Of a DNA stretch of 50,487 nt, positions 17,512-26,976 are shown one piece after another. The translations under genes and the position numbers were made by a program. This stretch comes from an uncultured Acetobacteraceae bacterium (GTDB taxonomy: Bacteria; Pseudomonadota; Alphaproteobacteria; Acetobacterales; Acetobacteraceae), in NCBI GenBank assembly GCA_937858325.1, contig CALMAB010000489.1:1-50487 (forward strand). Reading direction: 5' to 3'. The stretch's first letter is position 1. Each line of letters starts with the position of its first letter. The notes below the pieces were generated by a model. The model made no database searches, was not told the DNA's origin, and saw only the letters and a list, made by a program, of their open reading frames with translations.

Positions 17512-18963
17512 TCACGGATGCGCACAGACGCCTGGGCGGCGACCGATCCAGGGTCGGGCCGCCTCGACCTGCGCGGCGAGGCACAGGATCGTCGCCTCAT
17601 CGCCGTATCGGCCGACGAACTGAACGCCAATCGGCACATCCCCGCTGGTCCAGGCGGCCGGAAGTGAGAGCGCCGGGAGGCCCGAGACGTTGAAGGCGAA
17701 CATGAAGGCCGCGTCGGTCCACTTCGCATTGTAGCGGTCGACGTCCGGATCGTTCATGTCCCAATAGCCGACGGGGCGCGGCGGCTGCGTGAGGGTGGGG
17801 GTCAGGAACATATCGTATGGCTGCAGTTCGGCCTGGATCTGCTGGTTCGCCTTGCGCATGACATTGATGGCGGCCGCATGCTCGGTTGCCGAGAGCGAAC
17901 GGCCACGCTCCAGAAGCGCCCAATTGAAGGCGTTGAGATCGGTGTCCCGGACAGGCCGACCCACCACCTCAGCCAATTGGTCGAAGTCAAGCACGGTCTG
18001 AACCGCGTTCATCTTGTTGTACTCGAACCAGGGCGCTTCGAGGTCGCTTGAGAACGGGGGCGCCTCAACACGATGTCCGAGTTGTTCGAGAAGCACCGCG
18101 GTGCTTCTCACGGCCCCGGTCACCTCGGGCGCGAAAGCCGGCCCCCAGGGCGACGTAAGCGTGAAGCCGATCTTCAGCCGCTTGGGGGTGTCGGCAAGCG
18201 CCGCCAGCCAGCCCCGGTCGGGCCTTGGCGGCGTGTAGGGATCGCCCACCAGGTTGCCAGCGGTGGCGTCGAGGAATGCGGCCGTGTCCCGCACAGTGCG
18301 GGTCAGGGCGAAGAAATATACGCTGCCGAACCAAATATCGACGGTGTCCGGCCCGTAGGTGATGCGTCCGCGCGACGGCTTCAGCCCGACGAGGCCGCAG
18401 CATGAAGCCGGCACTCGGATCGAGCCGCCGCCATCGGTGCCTTCCGCCATCGGCACCACGCGGGACGCGACGGCCGCCGCGGCGCCGCCGCTCGATCCGC
18501 CGGGCGTGACGCCCGGATTCCATGGATTGAGCGTCGGGCCGTGATAGCGCGGCTCGGTGGCGATGCACCATCCGTTCTCCGGCACGTTGGTGCGTCCCAG
18601 GATGGTCAGGCCCGAGGCCTTGATCCTGCGCACCATCTCCGTGTCGGCGGCGCTGACGTAGTTCTTTCGGTATTCGAGGCCGGCCGTCATCGGCAAGCCT
18701 TCGCATTCCGAGCCGATGTTCTTGAGCAGGTACGGCACGCCCGCGAACGGACCCTCACCCGGCGCCTCTTTGGCGCGCGCCCTTGCTGCCTCGAACGAGC
18801 GAACCACGATGGCATTCAGCCTGGGGTCGAGGTCCTCGATCAGGCTGATGGCCACCTCGGTCAGTTCTGTCGAGGTCACGCCCTTGCCGCGCACCAGTTC
18901 GGCAAGCCCGAGGGCGTCGCGGTCGATGTAAGCCTTGACGAGGTCGGGTGTCGTGGTCGTCAT
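17512..18963 (-). CDS. Amidase (amidase-signature family)
   Basis: LLKN lysine, PGGSSGG and [15 protein letters not shown] supply the Ser-cisSer-Lys triad. Confidence 0.93.
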   Translation of the reverse strand: MTTTTPDLVKAYIDRDALGLAELVRGKGVTSTELTEVAISLIEDLDPRLNAIVVRSFEAARARAKEAPGEGPFAGVPYLLKNIGSECEGLPMTAGLEYRKNYVSAADTEMVRRIKASGLTILGRTNVPENGWCIATEPRYHGPTLNPWNPGVTPGGSSGGAAAAVASRVVPMAEGTDGGGSIRVPASCCGLVGLKPSRGRITYGPDTVDIWFGSVYFFALTRTVRDTAAFLDATAGNLVGDPYTPPRPDRGWLAALADTPKRLKIGFTLTSPWGPAFAPEVTGAVRSTAVLLEQLGHRVEAPPFSSDLEAPWFEYNKMNAVQTVLDFDQLAEVVGRPVRDTDLNAFNWALLERGRSLSATEHAAAINVMRKANQQIQAELQPYDMFLTPTLTQPPRPVGYWDMNDPDVDRYNAKWTDAAFMFAFNVSGLPALSLPAAWTSGDVPIGVQFVGRYGDEATILCLAAQVEAARPWIGRRPGVCAHP

Positions 18964-18992
18964 GTCGGGTCCGCCGGCCTGGTCGGTCGCGC

Positions 18993-19958
18993 TCAATAGC
19001 TGAGGCTGCAATCGCTCTTGTATTCATAGCGGTCAGCCTTGGCGGTCTCGGTCGCCTTGATCACAACGGTATCAGCCCTGACCTCCTTGTCGACCGGATG
19101 GCCATCGAGCAGCTTCTTGGCGATCTCGACCGACATCTCGCCTTCGCGCTTGGGGTCTTGCGCGATCAGAACCGAGATCTGGCGGTTCTTGAGTGCCGCG
19201 ACTTCGGCCGCTGCCGAGTCATAGGCGACGAGCTTCACCCGGCCGACCGCGCGCGCTTGGCGCAACCCGGTGACGGCCCCGATGGCACCCTGGTCGTTGG
19301 TCGAGAAGATGCCCGCGAGGTCCGGATGCGCCGACAGCGAGGAGGTCACGATCTCGGCCGCCTTCTGCGGATCGTCATTTTGGTACTGCGCCCCGAGATA
19401 GGTGACTCCGGGCACCCTCTTGATCGCATCCTCGAACCCTTTGGCGCGCTCGTCTTGCGCGGTCGAGCCGGGCGGATTGGTGATCACCATCACCGTGCCC
19501 TTGCCGCCGATGGCCTCGATCATGGCGTCCGCTGCCATCTGGCCGCCCTCGATGTTCGAGGTCACGACCTGGGTCGCCACGAACGAGGGATCGCTGATGG
19601 TGGTGTCCACCGTGACCAGCTTGGTGCCGCGTTCCGCCATCCGCTTCAGCGGCCGGGTCACGCCGTGGCTGTCGGCAGGTGAGATGATCGTGATGGTCGG
19701 CTGTCGCGCCGTCACGGCATCGATGACGGGCGCCTGCGACTCCGCCGTGAAATGGTCGGGGGCGAAAAGCGCGATGGTCAAGCCAAGCTTGTTAGCCGCC
19801 TCGAGCGCCCCGCAGGCGAGCGCATCGTCGAAGGGGCTGCCCTTCACGCCGAGGATGAGCGCGACGGATGTCTCGGCGGCGTCAGCCGGACCAACAAATC
19901 CGAGCGTGGCGACGAGGCAGGCCAGAACACCGGCTGAGCGAATACGTGACTTCGACAT
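18993..19958 (-). CDS. Sugar ABC substrate-binding protein (paralog of 24690-25637)
   Basis: Start MSKSRIRS after AGGAG; signal peptide; LILGVKGSPF and HPDLAGIFSTNDQGAIG motifs. Confidence 0.9.
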   Translation of the reverse strand: MSKSRIRSAGVLACLVATLGFVGPADAAETSVALILGVKGSPFDDALACGALEAANKLGLTIALFAPDHFTAESQAPVIDAVTARQPTITIISPADSHGVTRPLKRMAERGTKLVTVDTTISDPSFVATQVVTSNIEGGQMAADAMIEAIGGKGTVMVITNPPGSTAQDERAKGFEDAIKRVPGVTYLGAQYQNDDPQKAAEIVTSSLSAHPDLAGIFSTNDQGAIGAVTGLRQARAVGRVKLVAYDSAAAEVAALKNRQISVLIAQDPKREGEMSVEIAKKLLDGHPVDKEVRADTVVIKATETAKADRYEYKSDCSLSY

Positions 19959-20009
19959 TGATCGCTCCTGATTGGAGGACTGAGCAAGACACGGCGGCTG
20001 CAACGTCCA

Positions 20010-20023
20010 GCTAATCGTTTCAG
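20010..20023. promoter_or_regulatory. Candidate LacI-family operator
   Basis: GCTAATCGTTTCAG is an imperfect palindrome with the central AANCGNTT core, about 50 bp upstream of the minus-strand operon. Confidence 0.4.
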
Positions 20024-20141
20024 AAACCCGGGTGACCCGCAAGGGACCGGCGCTCAGAAACATCTCTATGTCGGGAAAATGGGCCATTCGCCCCGTTTGG
20101 TGGGATCTTTCGCGGTCAAGCAAAAAAGACGCTCTCGACAG

Positions 20142-20156
20142 ACCTGTCATGACGTT
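20142..20156. promoter_or_regulatory. Candidate GntR/HutC operator
   Basis: ACCTGTCATGACGTT contains the perfect palindrome GTCATGAC, just upstream of the HutC-type regulator start. Confidence 0.5.
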
Positions 20157-20162
20157 CCTACG

Positions 20163-20924
20163 ATGGGACTTATGCGGTGGAACGATGATCTTCTATCCCC
20201 CGGGCCGATGCCTCTCTGGTTCCAGATTGCGGAGCGGCTGCGCGCCTCGATCAGGGCCGGCGAGTTTCGGCCTGACGATGCGCTGCCGTCTGAAGCGCAG
20301 ATCGGCTTCGCTTTCGGGGTGAGCCGCACGACGGCGCGCGCCTCGCTCGACCGGCTGCGGCAAGAAGGGCTGATCTTCAGGCAGTCCGGCCGAGGGTCGA
20401 TCGTGCTGCAGCGCAAGGTCGAGCAGCCGGTCAACCAACTGGCGAGCTTTGCCGAAGACATGCGCCGCCGTGGGCTCAAGGCCTCCTACGCCACCTTCAG
20501 CGCCGCGCCGGCGCCGCTGCCGGCCGAAGCGGCAGACGCGCTTGGATTGAGCCTCGGCACTACGGTGTTCTTCATACGCAGGCTCTTGCTGGCCGACGAC
20601 GAGCCAATGGGCATGTCAGAGTCCTGGCTTGCCCCTTCAGCTCTCGGCGAGAATCCTGGGCCCACGCCTGAGGACCTCGACGCTGGCTCGCTTTATCAGT
20701 GGCTGAGCGTCCAATGCGGGGTCCAGATCGCCGGCGCCCAGGAATTCATTGAAGCCGCGACCGCCGACGGCACCATGGCCCGCAGGCTCAGCATCACGCC
20801 GGGCGCCCCCGTGCTGGTGGCCCGGCGCCGCTCGCACGCGGCGGACGGCGCGCCCATCGAGTATGCGGTGATGCACTACAGGGCCGACCGCTACCGCTTC
20901 AGCATTGATCTTGCCGGGCAATAA
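20163..20924 (+). CDS. GntR-family regulator, HutC/UTRA subfamily
   Basis: PLWFQIAERLR...LPSEAQI...VSRTTARASL...GRGS wHTH followed by a UTRA domain (SFAEDM...YRADRYRF). Confidence 0.93.
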   Translation: MGLMRWNDDLLSPGPMPLWFQIAERLRASIRAGEFRPDDALPSEAQIGFAFGVSRTTARASLDRLRQEGLIFRQSGRGSIVLQRKVEQPVNQLASFAEDMRRRGLKASYATFSAAPAPLPAEAADALGLSLGTTVFFIRRLLLADDEPMGMSESWLAPSALGENPGPTPEDLDAGSLYQWLSVQCGVQIAGAQEFIEAATADGTMARRLSITPGAPVLVARRRSHAADGAPIEYAVMHYRADRYRFSIDLAGQ

Positions 20925-20968
20925 CAACGGGCAGCAGGCGCCTGGGCTGCAAAGGAACAGCGTCCACG

Positions 20969-21820
20969 ATGGTCAAACCTCAAGTCCTTCCCCCCAAGCG
21001 GAACGTGCTGGAAGCCTTGTTTCCGGTCAGGAAGCCCATCATCGGCGTGATCCACCTGCAGCCGCTTCCGGGAGCGCCGCGCTATTCGGGCCAACCGGTC
21101 AGCGACGTCTTCGCCGCCGCCGCAGCCGACGCGCGCACGCTGTCGGAAGGCGGGGTGGATGGCATCATCCTCGAAAACGCAAGCGATATGCCGTTCTCCC
21201 GTCCCGAGCACATCGGACCCGAGACGGTGGCGGCGCTAACCGCGGCCTGCCTCGCGGTGCGGGCTGTCGTGGACACCCCCATCGGCATCACCTGCGTGGC
21301 CAACGGCGTGCTTCCGGCGCTCGGCATCGCCAAGGCGGTGGGGGCCGGTTGGGTGCGGGCCAACCAGTGGGTCAATGCCTATGTGGCCAACGAGGGCATC
21401 CTCAACGGACCGGCCCCGGAAGCCATGCGCTACCGCTCGCGCATCCGGGCCGAGGAGGTCGCGATCTTCGCCGATGTCCATGTCAAGTTCGGCGCCCATG
21501 CGATCACGGCCGACCGCAGCATCGCCGAACAGGCGACCGACGCCGAATGGTTCGACGCCGATGTCCTGATCGCTTCGGGAACCCGCACGGGATCTCCAAC
21601 CGAGCCGCGCGAGGTCGATGACGTCCGCAGCGGCACGAACCTGCCCGTGATCGTCGGTTCCGGCCTTTCGGCCGACCAGGTGCCGGCCCTGTTTGCCTCG
21701 GCAGACGGCGCCATTGTGGGACAATGGCTGAAGAAGGACGGCCGCTGGTGGAATCCGGTCGATCCCCGCCGGGTCGAGCAGCTCATGGCCGCGGTCCGCA
21801 AGGTGCGGGACGCGCAATGA
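20969..21820 (+). CDS. BtpA/SgcQ-family TIM-barrel protein
   Basis: IGVIHLQPLPGAP, ILENASDMPF, FADVHVKFG and VIVGSG are family motifs. Confidence 0.9.
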   Translation: MVKPQVLPPKRNVLEALFPVRKPIIGVIHLQPLPGAPRYSGQPVSDVFAAAAADARTLSEGGVDGIILENASDMPFSRPEHIGPETVAALTAACLAVRAVVDTPIGITCVANGVLPALGIAKAVGAGWVRANQWVNAYVANEGILNGPAPEAMRYRSRIRAEEVAIFADVHVKFGAHAITADRSIAEQATDAEWFDADVLIASGTRTGSPTEPREVDDVRSGTNLPVIVGSGLSADQVPALFASADGAIVGQWLKKDGRWWNPVDPRRVEQLMAAVRKVRDAQ

Positions 21821-22539
21821 CGCTGCTGACCGAAGCCACCGACGTTTTCGCGGCTGCCGAGCCTTCTGGCCGCTGCGTGGTGGCGTTCCTGGCCAAGCGG
21901 CAGCCCGTGCCCGCCGGCGCGTTCGGGCCGCCCGAACGGGAGGCGATCGCTGCCGAGTTCCGCGCCCTGCAGGCGGAAGGCTGGCGGCTGTCGGTGCGCG
22001 CCATGTTCGACCCCGAGGACGCCGCCGAGCCTGCGGCCTTTGACACCGGCTTTGCCCACGCAGTTGACGTTGCCGGCGCGTTCGAGGCACCCAGCCTGTC
22101 CGGGGCGCTGGCCGGGACGGTGCGGCTCGAGCGGGCAGGCTGGTCCCGCCGCTTCGCCACCGAGTGGCTGCTCGGCCCACGTGAATTCGCGACCGTAGGC
22201 GGCCTGGACGACGCGGCCCGGCACGAATGGGGCTTTCTCGCCTTTTGGGAATGGAACGACGCCTGGGCGGCCGCGACGGGTCCCGAACGGCGCGAGTACG
22301 ACGCGGAATGCGACATCGCCTTCAAGGGCGACGTGGCGCTCGGCATCGGCATTGCGGGGCGGCACCGACTCGACTGGGCCAGTTCCTGGCATCACATCGG
22401 CATCTGGGAAGCGCCGTCCCTCGCAGCCATCGACCTGGCCATGCGGGGCCACGAGGCCGCCGCGGATTTCAAGTTCACCACATCGCGTCATGTCGTCGGA
22501 CGGCGCCGGCCACTCGCCGAGCTGGTCGCGGCGGACTGA
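21817..22539 (+). CDS. Uncharacterised two-domain dimeric alpha+beta-barrel-like protein (chlorite dismutase/darcynin-like fold inferred)
   Basis: ATGA overlap with btpA; internal repeat FEAPSL / WEAPSL; W...ERRE helix. Confidence 0.6.
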   Translation: MTLLTEATDVFAAAEPSGRCVVAFLAKRQPVPAGAFGPPEREAIAAEFRALQAEGWRLSVRAMFDPEDAAEPAAFDTGFAHAVDVAGAFEAPSLSGALAGTVRLERAGWSRRFATEWLLGPREFATVGGLDDAARHEWGFLAFWEWNDAWAAATGPERREYDAECDIAFKGDVALGIGIAGRHRLDWASSWHHIGIWEAPSLAAIDLAMRGHEAAADFKFTTSRHVVGRRRPLAELVAAD

Positions 22540-22546
22540 GGTTCCC

Positions 22547-22855
22547 ATGGGCGATTGCATCTGGATCCACTACGCCCGCCCCCGGCCGCACTGGTACGGT
22601 CTCGACGAGAGCGTGAAGCGCGAGAAGCTGGCGGCCTGGAAAGCCGTGCACGACAGCTCCGCGAGAAACGGCGGCGTGTGCCACGGCCGCTTCCACGTGC
22701 GCGGACAGCACGATTTCGAGACCGTCGAGACCTGGCGGTTCGCCGACGCCGAGGCGGCCTTCCGGCATTGGGCCGCGCTGAGCGCCGCGGGTTACGGCGT
22801 GTGCCACGCCTTTGGCAACCACCTCCGCCGGGCCGGCGTGGCGCCGCGCCCATGA
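22547..22855 (+). CDS. Small uncharacterised alpha+beta-barrel-like protein (102 aa)
   Basis: GAGG RBS; HWYGLDESVKRE...ETWRFADAEAAF...GY resembles one domain of the upstream protein; ATGA overlap with the next gene. Confidence 0.6.
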   Translation: MGDCIWIHYARPRPHWYGLDESVKREKLAAWKAVHDSSARNGGVCHGRFHVRGQHDFETVETWRFADAEAAFRHWAALSAAGYGVCHAFGNHLRRAGVAPRP

Positions 22856-23622
22856 CGCCGCCGCCGCTTCTTGAGGCCCGTGGGATCAAGCGCCGGTTCG
22901 GCAACGTTCGGGCGCTCGACGGCGCGGATTTTTCGGTCTTCCCGGGCGAAATCTGCGCCCTGATCGGCGACAACGGCGCCGGCAAGTCAACGCTGGTCAA
23001 GATCCTGTCCGGCGCCGACCGTCCGGATGAAGGACAGATCCTGCTGGGCGGGCAGTCCGTCGCCTTCGCCTCGCCCGCGGCCGCTCAGGCGCGGGGGATC
23101 GCCACCATCTACCAGGATCTTGCCCTCGCCTCCGAACTCACGCCGTTTGAGAACCTTTTCCTCGGACGCGAGGAGTTGCGGCCCGGCGTTCTCGGCCGGC
23201 TCGGCTTCGTTGACAGGCCGAGCATGCGGCGGAAAGCGGCCGAGCAGTTCGCCCGCCTCGGCGTGCGCCTGCGCTCGGCGCACGTGCCCGTTTCGTCCCT
23301 TTCCGGCGGCCAGCGCCAGTCGGTTGCCATCGCCCGCGCCGCCATGTGGGCCGATCAGGTCATCTTCATGGACGAGCCGACTGCCGCGTTGGGCGTGGTG
23401 CAGACCGGCCGCGTGATCGACCTGATCCGAGGGGTTCGCGACCAAGGCATCGCGGTGGTGCTCATCAGCCACAACATGCCGCAGGTACTCGCGGTGGCGG
23501 ACCGGGTCGAGGTGCTGCGCCTCGGCCGCCGCGTGGCGCGGTTCGACGTCGCCGACGCCAACGTCAACCGATTGGTGGCGGCGATGACGAGCGGCACCGC
23601 CGACCATGGAGTGCCCGCATGA
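22852..23622 (+). CDS. Sugar ABC ATP-binding protein, single NBD
   Basis: GDNGAGKST, LSGGQRQ, FMDEPTAAL. Confidence 0.93.
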   Translation: MTPPPLLEARGIKRRFGNVRALDGADFSVFPGEICALIGDNGAGKSTLVKILSGADRPDEGQILLGGQSVAFASPAAAQARGIATIYQDLALASELTPFENLFLGREELRPGVLGRLGFVDRPSMRRKAAEQFARLGVRLRSAHVPVSSLSGGQRQSVAIARAAMWADQVIFMDEPTAALGVVQTGRVIDLIRGVRDQGIAVVLISHNMPQVLAVADRVEVLRLGRRVARFDVADANVNRLVAAMTSGTADHGVPA

Positions 23623-24665
23623 CCGTGGCGGCGCCGTTCCATGAGGCCGAGGGCGAAGCCGACCCGGCCATGGAACGCTGGGGACGCCTGCTCGGCGGCG
23701 GCTGGATCGTCCTGCTGCTCATCGGGCTCGTTCTCGTCTTCGGCCTGTTGCGGCCCGCGCAGTTCGGCTCGACCTACAACCTGTCCATGCTGGCCGTGAA
23801 CGCCGCCATCCTGCTGGTGCTTTCCGTCGGCCAGACCTTTGTGATCATCGCGGCCGGCATTGATCTGTCGGTCGGCGCCGTGCTGGTCTTCGCCTCGATC
23901 ACGTCGGCTCAGGTCATGCTCCACATGTCGGGCGCGCCGGGCAGCACCTACGGCACCACGCAAGGCGGCTGGGGCGTGGTGGCGGCCGGGCTGGCCGTCG
24001 CCCTCCTGAGCGGCGCCTTTTGGGGCGCGATCAACGGCATCCTGGTCGCCGTGGCGCGCATCCCCGCCCTCATTGTGACCCTCGGCACCTTTGGCATGGC
24101 GCTCGGCTTCGCCCAACTCCTCACCAACGGCGTCGATGTGCGGGCGGTGCCCGAAACGCTGGTCGAAGGCATCGGCTCCGGCGCGGTCGCGGGCATTCCC
24201 ATGTTGGTGTTGATCGCGGCCGCGGCGGCGGCGGTCGGCGCGGTCGTGCTGCACCTCACGCGGTTCGGCGTGCACGTGTTCGCGGTCGGCTCCGATCGCG
24301 AGGCGGCCCGCCGCGCCGGCATCGACGTCCGCGGCCGGCTGATCGCCATCTACACGCTGTCCGGCACCCTGGCGGGGCTGGCCGCCATGATGTCCACCGC
24401 GCGCTACGCCACCACGACGATCGGCGGCCACGCCCTGGACAGCCTCGGCACGATCTCGGCCGTGGTGCTGGGGGGCACCAGCCTGTTCGGCGGCATCGGG
24501 TCCATCATCGGCACCGTCGTGGGCGTGTTCATCCCGATCGTGCTGCTGAACGGCTTCGTGATCCTCGGCATCCCGCCGTTCTGGCAGACGGTCGCGACCG
24601 GGGCCGTCCTGATCCTTGCGGTGTGGATCGACCAACTCAAGCGCCGCGCACGGGAACACCGCTAA
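23619..24665 (+). CDS. Sugar ABC permease
   Basis: GIDLSVG, VGSDREAARRAGI, VVLGGTSLFGG; ATGA overlap with the ATPase. Confidence 0.92.
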   Translation: MTVAAPFHEAEGEADPAMERWGRLLGGGWIVLLLIGLVLVFGLLRPAQFGSTYNLSMLAVNAAILLVLSVGQTFVIIAAGIDLSVGAVLVFASITSAQVMLHMSGAPGSTYGTTQGGWGVVAAGLAVALLSGAFWGAINGILVAVARIPALIVTLGTFGMALGFAQLLTNGVDVRAVPETLVEGIGSGAVAGIPMLVLIAAAAAAVGAVVLHLTRFGVHVFAVGSDREAARRAGIDVRGRLIAIYTLSGTLAGLAAMMSTARYATTTIGGHALDSLGTISAVVLGGTSLFGGIGSIIGTVVGVFIPIVLLNGFVILGIPPFWQTVATGAVLILAVWIDQLKRRAREHR

Positions 24666-24689
24666 TCTCATGGAGAGGCAATCAATACG

Positions 24690-25637
24690 ATGATGACAAT
24701 GGCACGCTCCGCCGGCGGTGTTCTTCTGGTCGCCCTGGGCCTTTCGGGGGCAGCGCGCGCCGCCGACAACACCGTGGCGCTCGTGCTCGGCGTGAAGGGG
24801 AGCCCGTTCTACCAGGCGCTCGCCTGCGGGGCTGAGGCCAAGGCGAAGGAACTCGGCCTCACCCTCACGGTCTCGGCGCCCGATCAGTTCGCGGCCGACA
24901 GCCAGATCCCGGTCGTCAATGCCGTCGCGGCCACCAAGCCCGCCGTTGCCGTGGTCGTGCCGACTGACACCAAGGCGCTGATCGCGCCGATGAGGCAACT
25001 GGCTGGCATGGGCACCAAGGTCGTGACGGTGGACCAGACCGTGAGCGATCCGTCCTTCGTCCAGACCCAGATCGTCACCGACAACGAGCAGGGCGGCAAG
25101 CTGGCAGCCGACGCCATGAACGCGCTGCTGGGGGGCAAGGGCAAGGTGCTGGTGATCACGCAGCCGCCCGGCTCGGCCGCCCAAGACGCGCGAACCGCCG
25201 GGTTCGAGGAGGAGCTGAAGAAATTTCCTGGCCTTCAGCTTCTCGGCCCGCAGTACCAAAGCGACGACCCACAAAGGGCCGCCGAGATCGTGACCTCGAC
25301 CTTGTCGGCGCATCCGGATCTCGCGGGGCTGTTCTCGACCAACGACCAGGGCGCCATCGGCGCGCTGACCGGCCTGCGGCAAGCCGGTGCCACGGGCAAG
25401 GTCAAAGTGGTGGCTTACGACGCGGCCACGGCGGAAGTGAACGCCCTCAGGAATGGGAGCATCTCGGCGCTGATCGCGCAGAATCCCAGGCAGGAAGGCG
25501 AAGTCGCGATGGAGGCGGCCGCCAAGCTGCTCAAAGGTCAGTCGCTCGAGAAGACCATGCTGACCGAAATTGCCACGATCAAGGCGGGGGACACAGCCGC
25601 GGCCCAGCGATACGAGTACAAGGGCGACTGCCGGTAA
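24690..25637 (+). CDS. Sugar ABC substrate-binding protein
   Basis: Signal peptide; LVLGVKGSPFY and HPDLAGLFSTNDQGAIG motifs. Confidence 0.92.
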   Translation: MMTMARSAGGVLLVALGLSGAARAADNTVALVLGVKGSPFYQALACGAEAKAKELGLTLTVSAPDQFAADSQIPVVNAVAATKPAVAVVVPTDTKALIAPMRQLAGMGTKVVTVDQTVSDPSFVQTQIVTDNEQGGKLAADAMNALLGGKGKVLVITQPPGSAAQDARTAGFEEELKKFPGLQLLGPQYQSDDPQRAAEIVTSTLSAHPDLAGLFSTNDQGAIGALTGLRQAGATGKVKVVAYDAATAEVNALRNGSISALIAQNPRQEGEVAMEAAAKLLKGQSLEKTMLTEIATIKAGDTAAAQRYEYKGDCR

Positions 25638-25659
25638 GCCGCGCTCGTCGGCGCGCCCT

Positions 25660-25670
25660 GGAACCGTTCC
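25660..25670. promoter_or_regulatory. Candidate LacI autoregulatory operator
   Basis: GGAACCGTTCC near-palindrome upstream of the LacI gene. Confidence 0.35.
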
Positions 25671-25741
25671 CGTGATTGATTTTTCTCGCTTGGGTGGCGT
25701 AGATCCTCGATGCACGACCGCTCGGAGGGCGATCCGGGCTT

Positions 25742-26839
25742 GTGGCGTCGGTGGAATCCTCGTTGAGCGCAGCAACCATCAAGGATGTGGCGCGTCTCGC
25801 ACGCGTCTCGACCGCAACCGTTTCAGCCGTGATCAACGGGAGCAGTTTCGTAAGCGCACCCTTGAAGGCGCGTGTGGTCGAAGCTGTCGCCGAACTCGGT
25901 TACGCGCCGTCCGACGTCGCCCGCAGCCTGCGCAGGCAATCGACGCACTTGATCGGGATCGTCGTCGCCGATATCACAAACCCGTTCTTTGCGGAATTCG
26001 TTCGGATGGCCGGGGCGGCGGCCCAGGCACTCGGATACAGCGTGCTGCTTTGCGAAGCGGATCACGACCCCGCAAAAGAGCGGGCGGCGCTGCAACTCCT
26101 GGCCGCGCATCGGGTCGATGGCGTAATCCTTTGTCCGACCGGGCAGGCTGGGATGTATTTCGAGCCGCCCGTATCGACCTTCCGGAAGCCGATCGTGATG
26201 GTCGATCGCATCATCTCCGATGCGCCGTTCGATGCCGTTTCGATCGACAATCATCGCGCCGCGTACGATCTGACGCGTTACATCCTGTCACTGGGCCACA
26301 CGCGCGTCGCGATCCTGGCCGGCCCGCGCGATCTCTCCAACGCAGCCGACCGCTTGCAGGGTTTCGCCGACGCCCTTGCGGCGTCGGACCTCAAGCTGGA
26401 CCCTTCGCATGTGGTTTACGCCGACTTCCGGCAGGACCGGGCGCGCGAGCTTTGCCGCACGCTCCTCCTCGGCCCCGACAGGCCGACCGCGCTGTTCGTT
26501 TCCAACAATCAGATGATGATCGGCGCCATGCAGGCGTTGGCCGACTTCGGGCTGTCCTGTCCCGGGAATGTGTCTCTGGCCGGCATCGACGATTTTCCGT
26601 GGGACGGCGTCTTCTCGCCGTGCCTCACGGTGCAGAGGCAGCCCATCGAAGCCCTGGCCGAGCACGCCGTGCGAATCCTCCAAGGGCGCATGCGGAGCCC
26701 CATGCTCCCGCCCGAGCGGGTCGTGCTTGCATCGGAGCTGATCGTTCGCGACTCCTGTGCGCCGCCGGGCGGCCCGGGCCGGTTGCCGGGGCCACAGGCC
26801 GTGGGCCATCGCGGCGCTCAGCCTTTGACCAGTGCTTGA
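25742..26839 (+). CDS. LacI-family transcriptional regulator
   Basis: TIKDVARLARVSTATVSAVING HTH, ARSL hinge, ITNPFF sugar-binding domain. Confidence 0.95.
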   Translation: MASVESSLSAATIKDVARLARVSTATVSAVINGSSFVSAPLKARVVEAVAELGYAPSDVARSLRRQSTHLIGIVVADITNPFFAEFVRMAGAAAQALGYSVLLCEADHDPAKERAALQLLAAHRVDGVILCPTGQAGMYFEPPVSTFRKPIVMVDRIISDAPFDAVSIDNHRAAYDLTRYILSLGHTRVAILAGPRDLSNAADRLQGFADALAASDLKLDPSHVVYADFRQDRARELCRTLLLGPDRPTALFVSNNQMMIGAMQALADFGLSCPGNVSLAGIDDFPWDGVFSPCLTVQRQPIEALAEHAVRILQGRMRSPMLPPERVVLASELIVRDSCAPPGGPGRLPGPQAVGHRGAQPLTSA

Positions 26840-26846
26840 CACCGTT

Positions 26847-26876
26847 CCGGCCGTTCCCGCGAACGCGGGAAGCCGG
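26847..26876. repeat. GC-rich intergenic hairpin (REP-like or terminator)
   Basis: TTCCCGC-GAAC-GCGGGAA flanked by CCGG/CCGG, directly after the LacI stop. Confidence 0.35.
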
Positions 26877-26976
26877 TCCTGCTTTGAACTTGATCCATCC
26901 CTTCTTCCGTGGAGGTGATCGGTGCAAGGAACCACTCGGTGAACTTTTCCGAAACCCAACCTGAGCACCGCAACCC

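Noticed and set aside
23355-25775. 806-aa minus-strand ORF, and similar long antisense ORFs (32144-34105, 40818-42641, 46640-48454)
   Set aside because: These are antisense shadows of well-supported genes in high-GC DNA, with no motifs.
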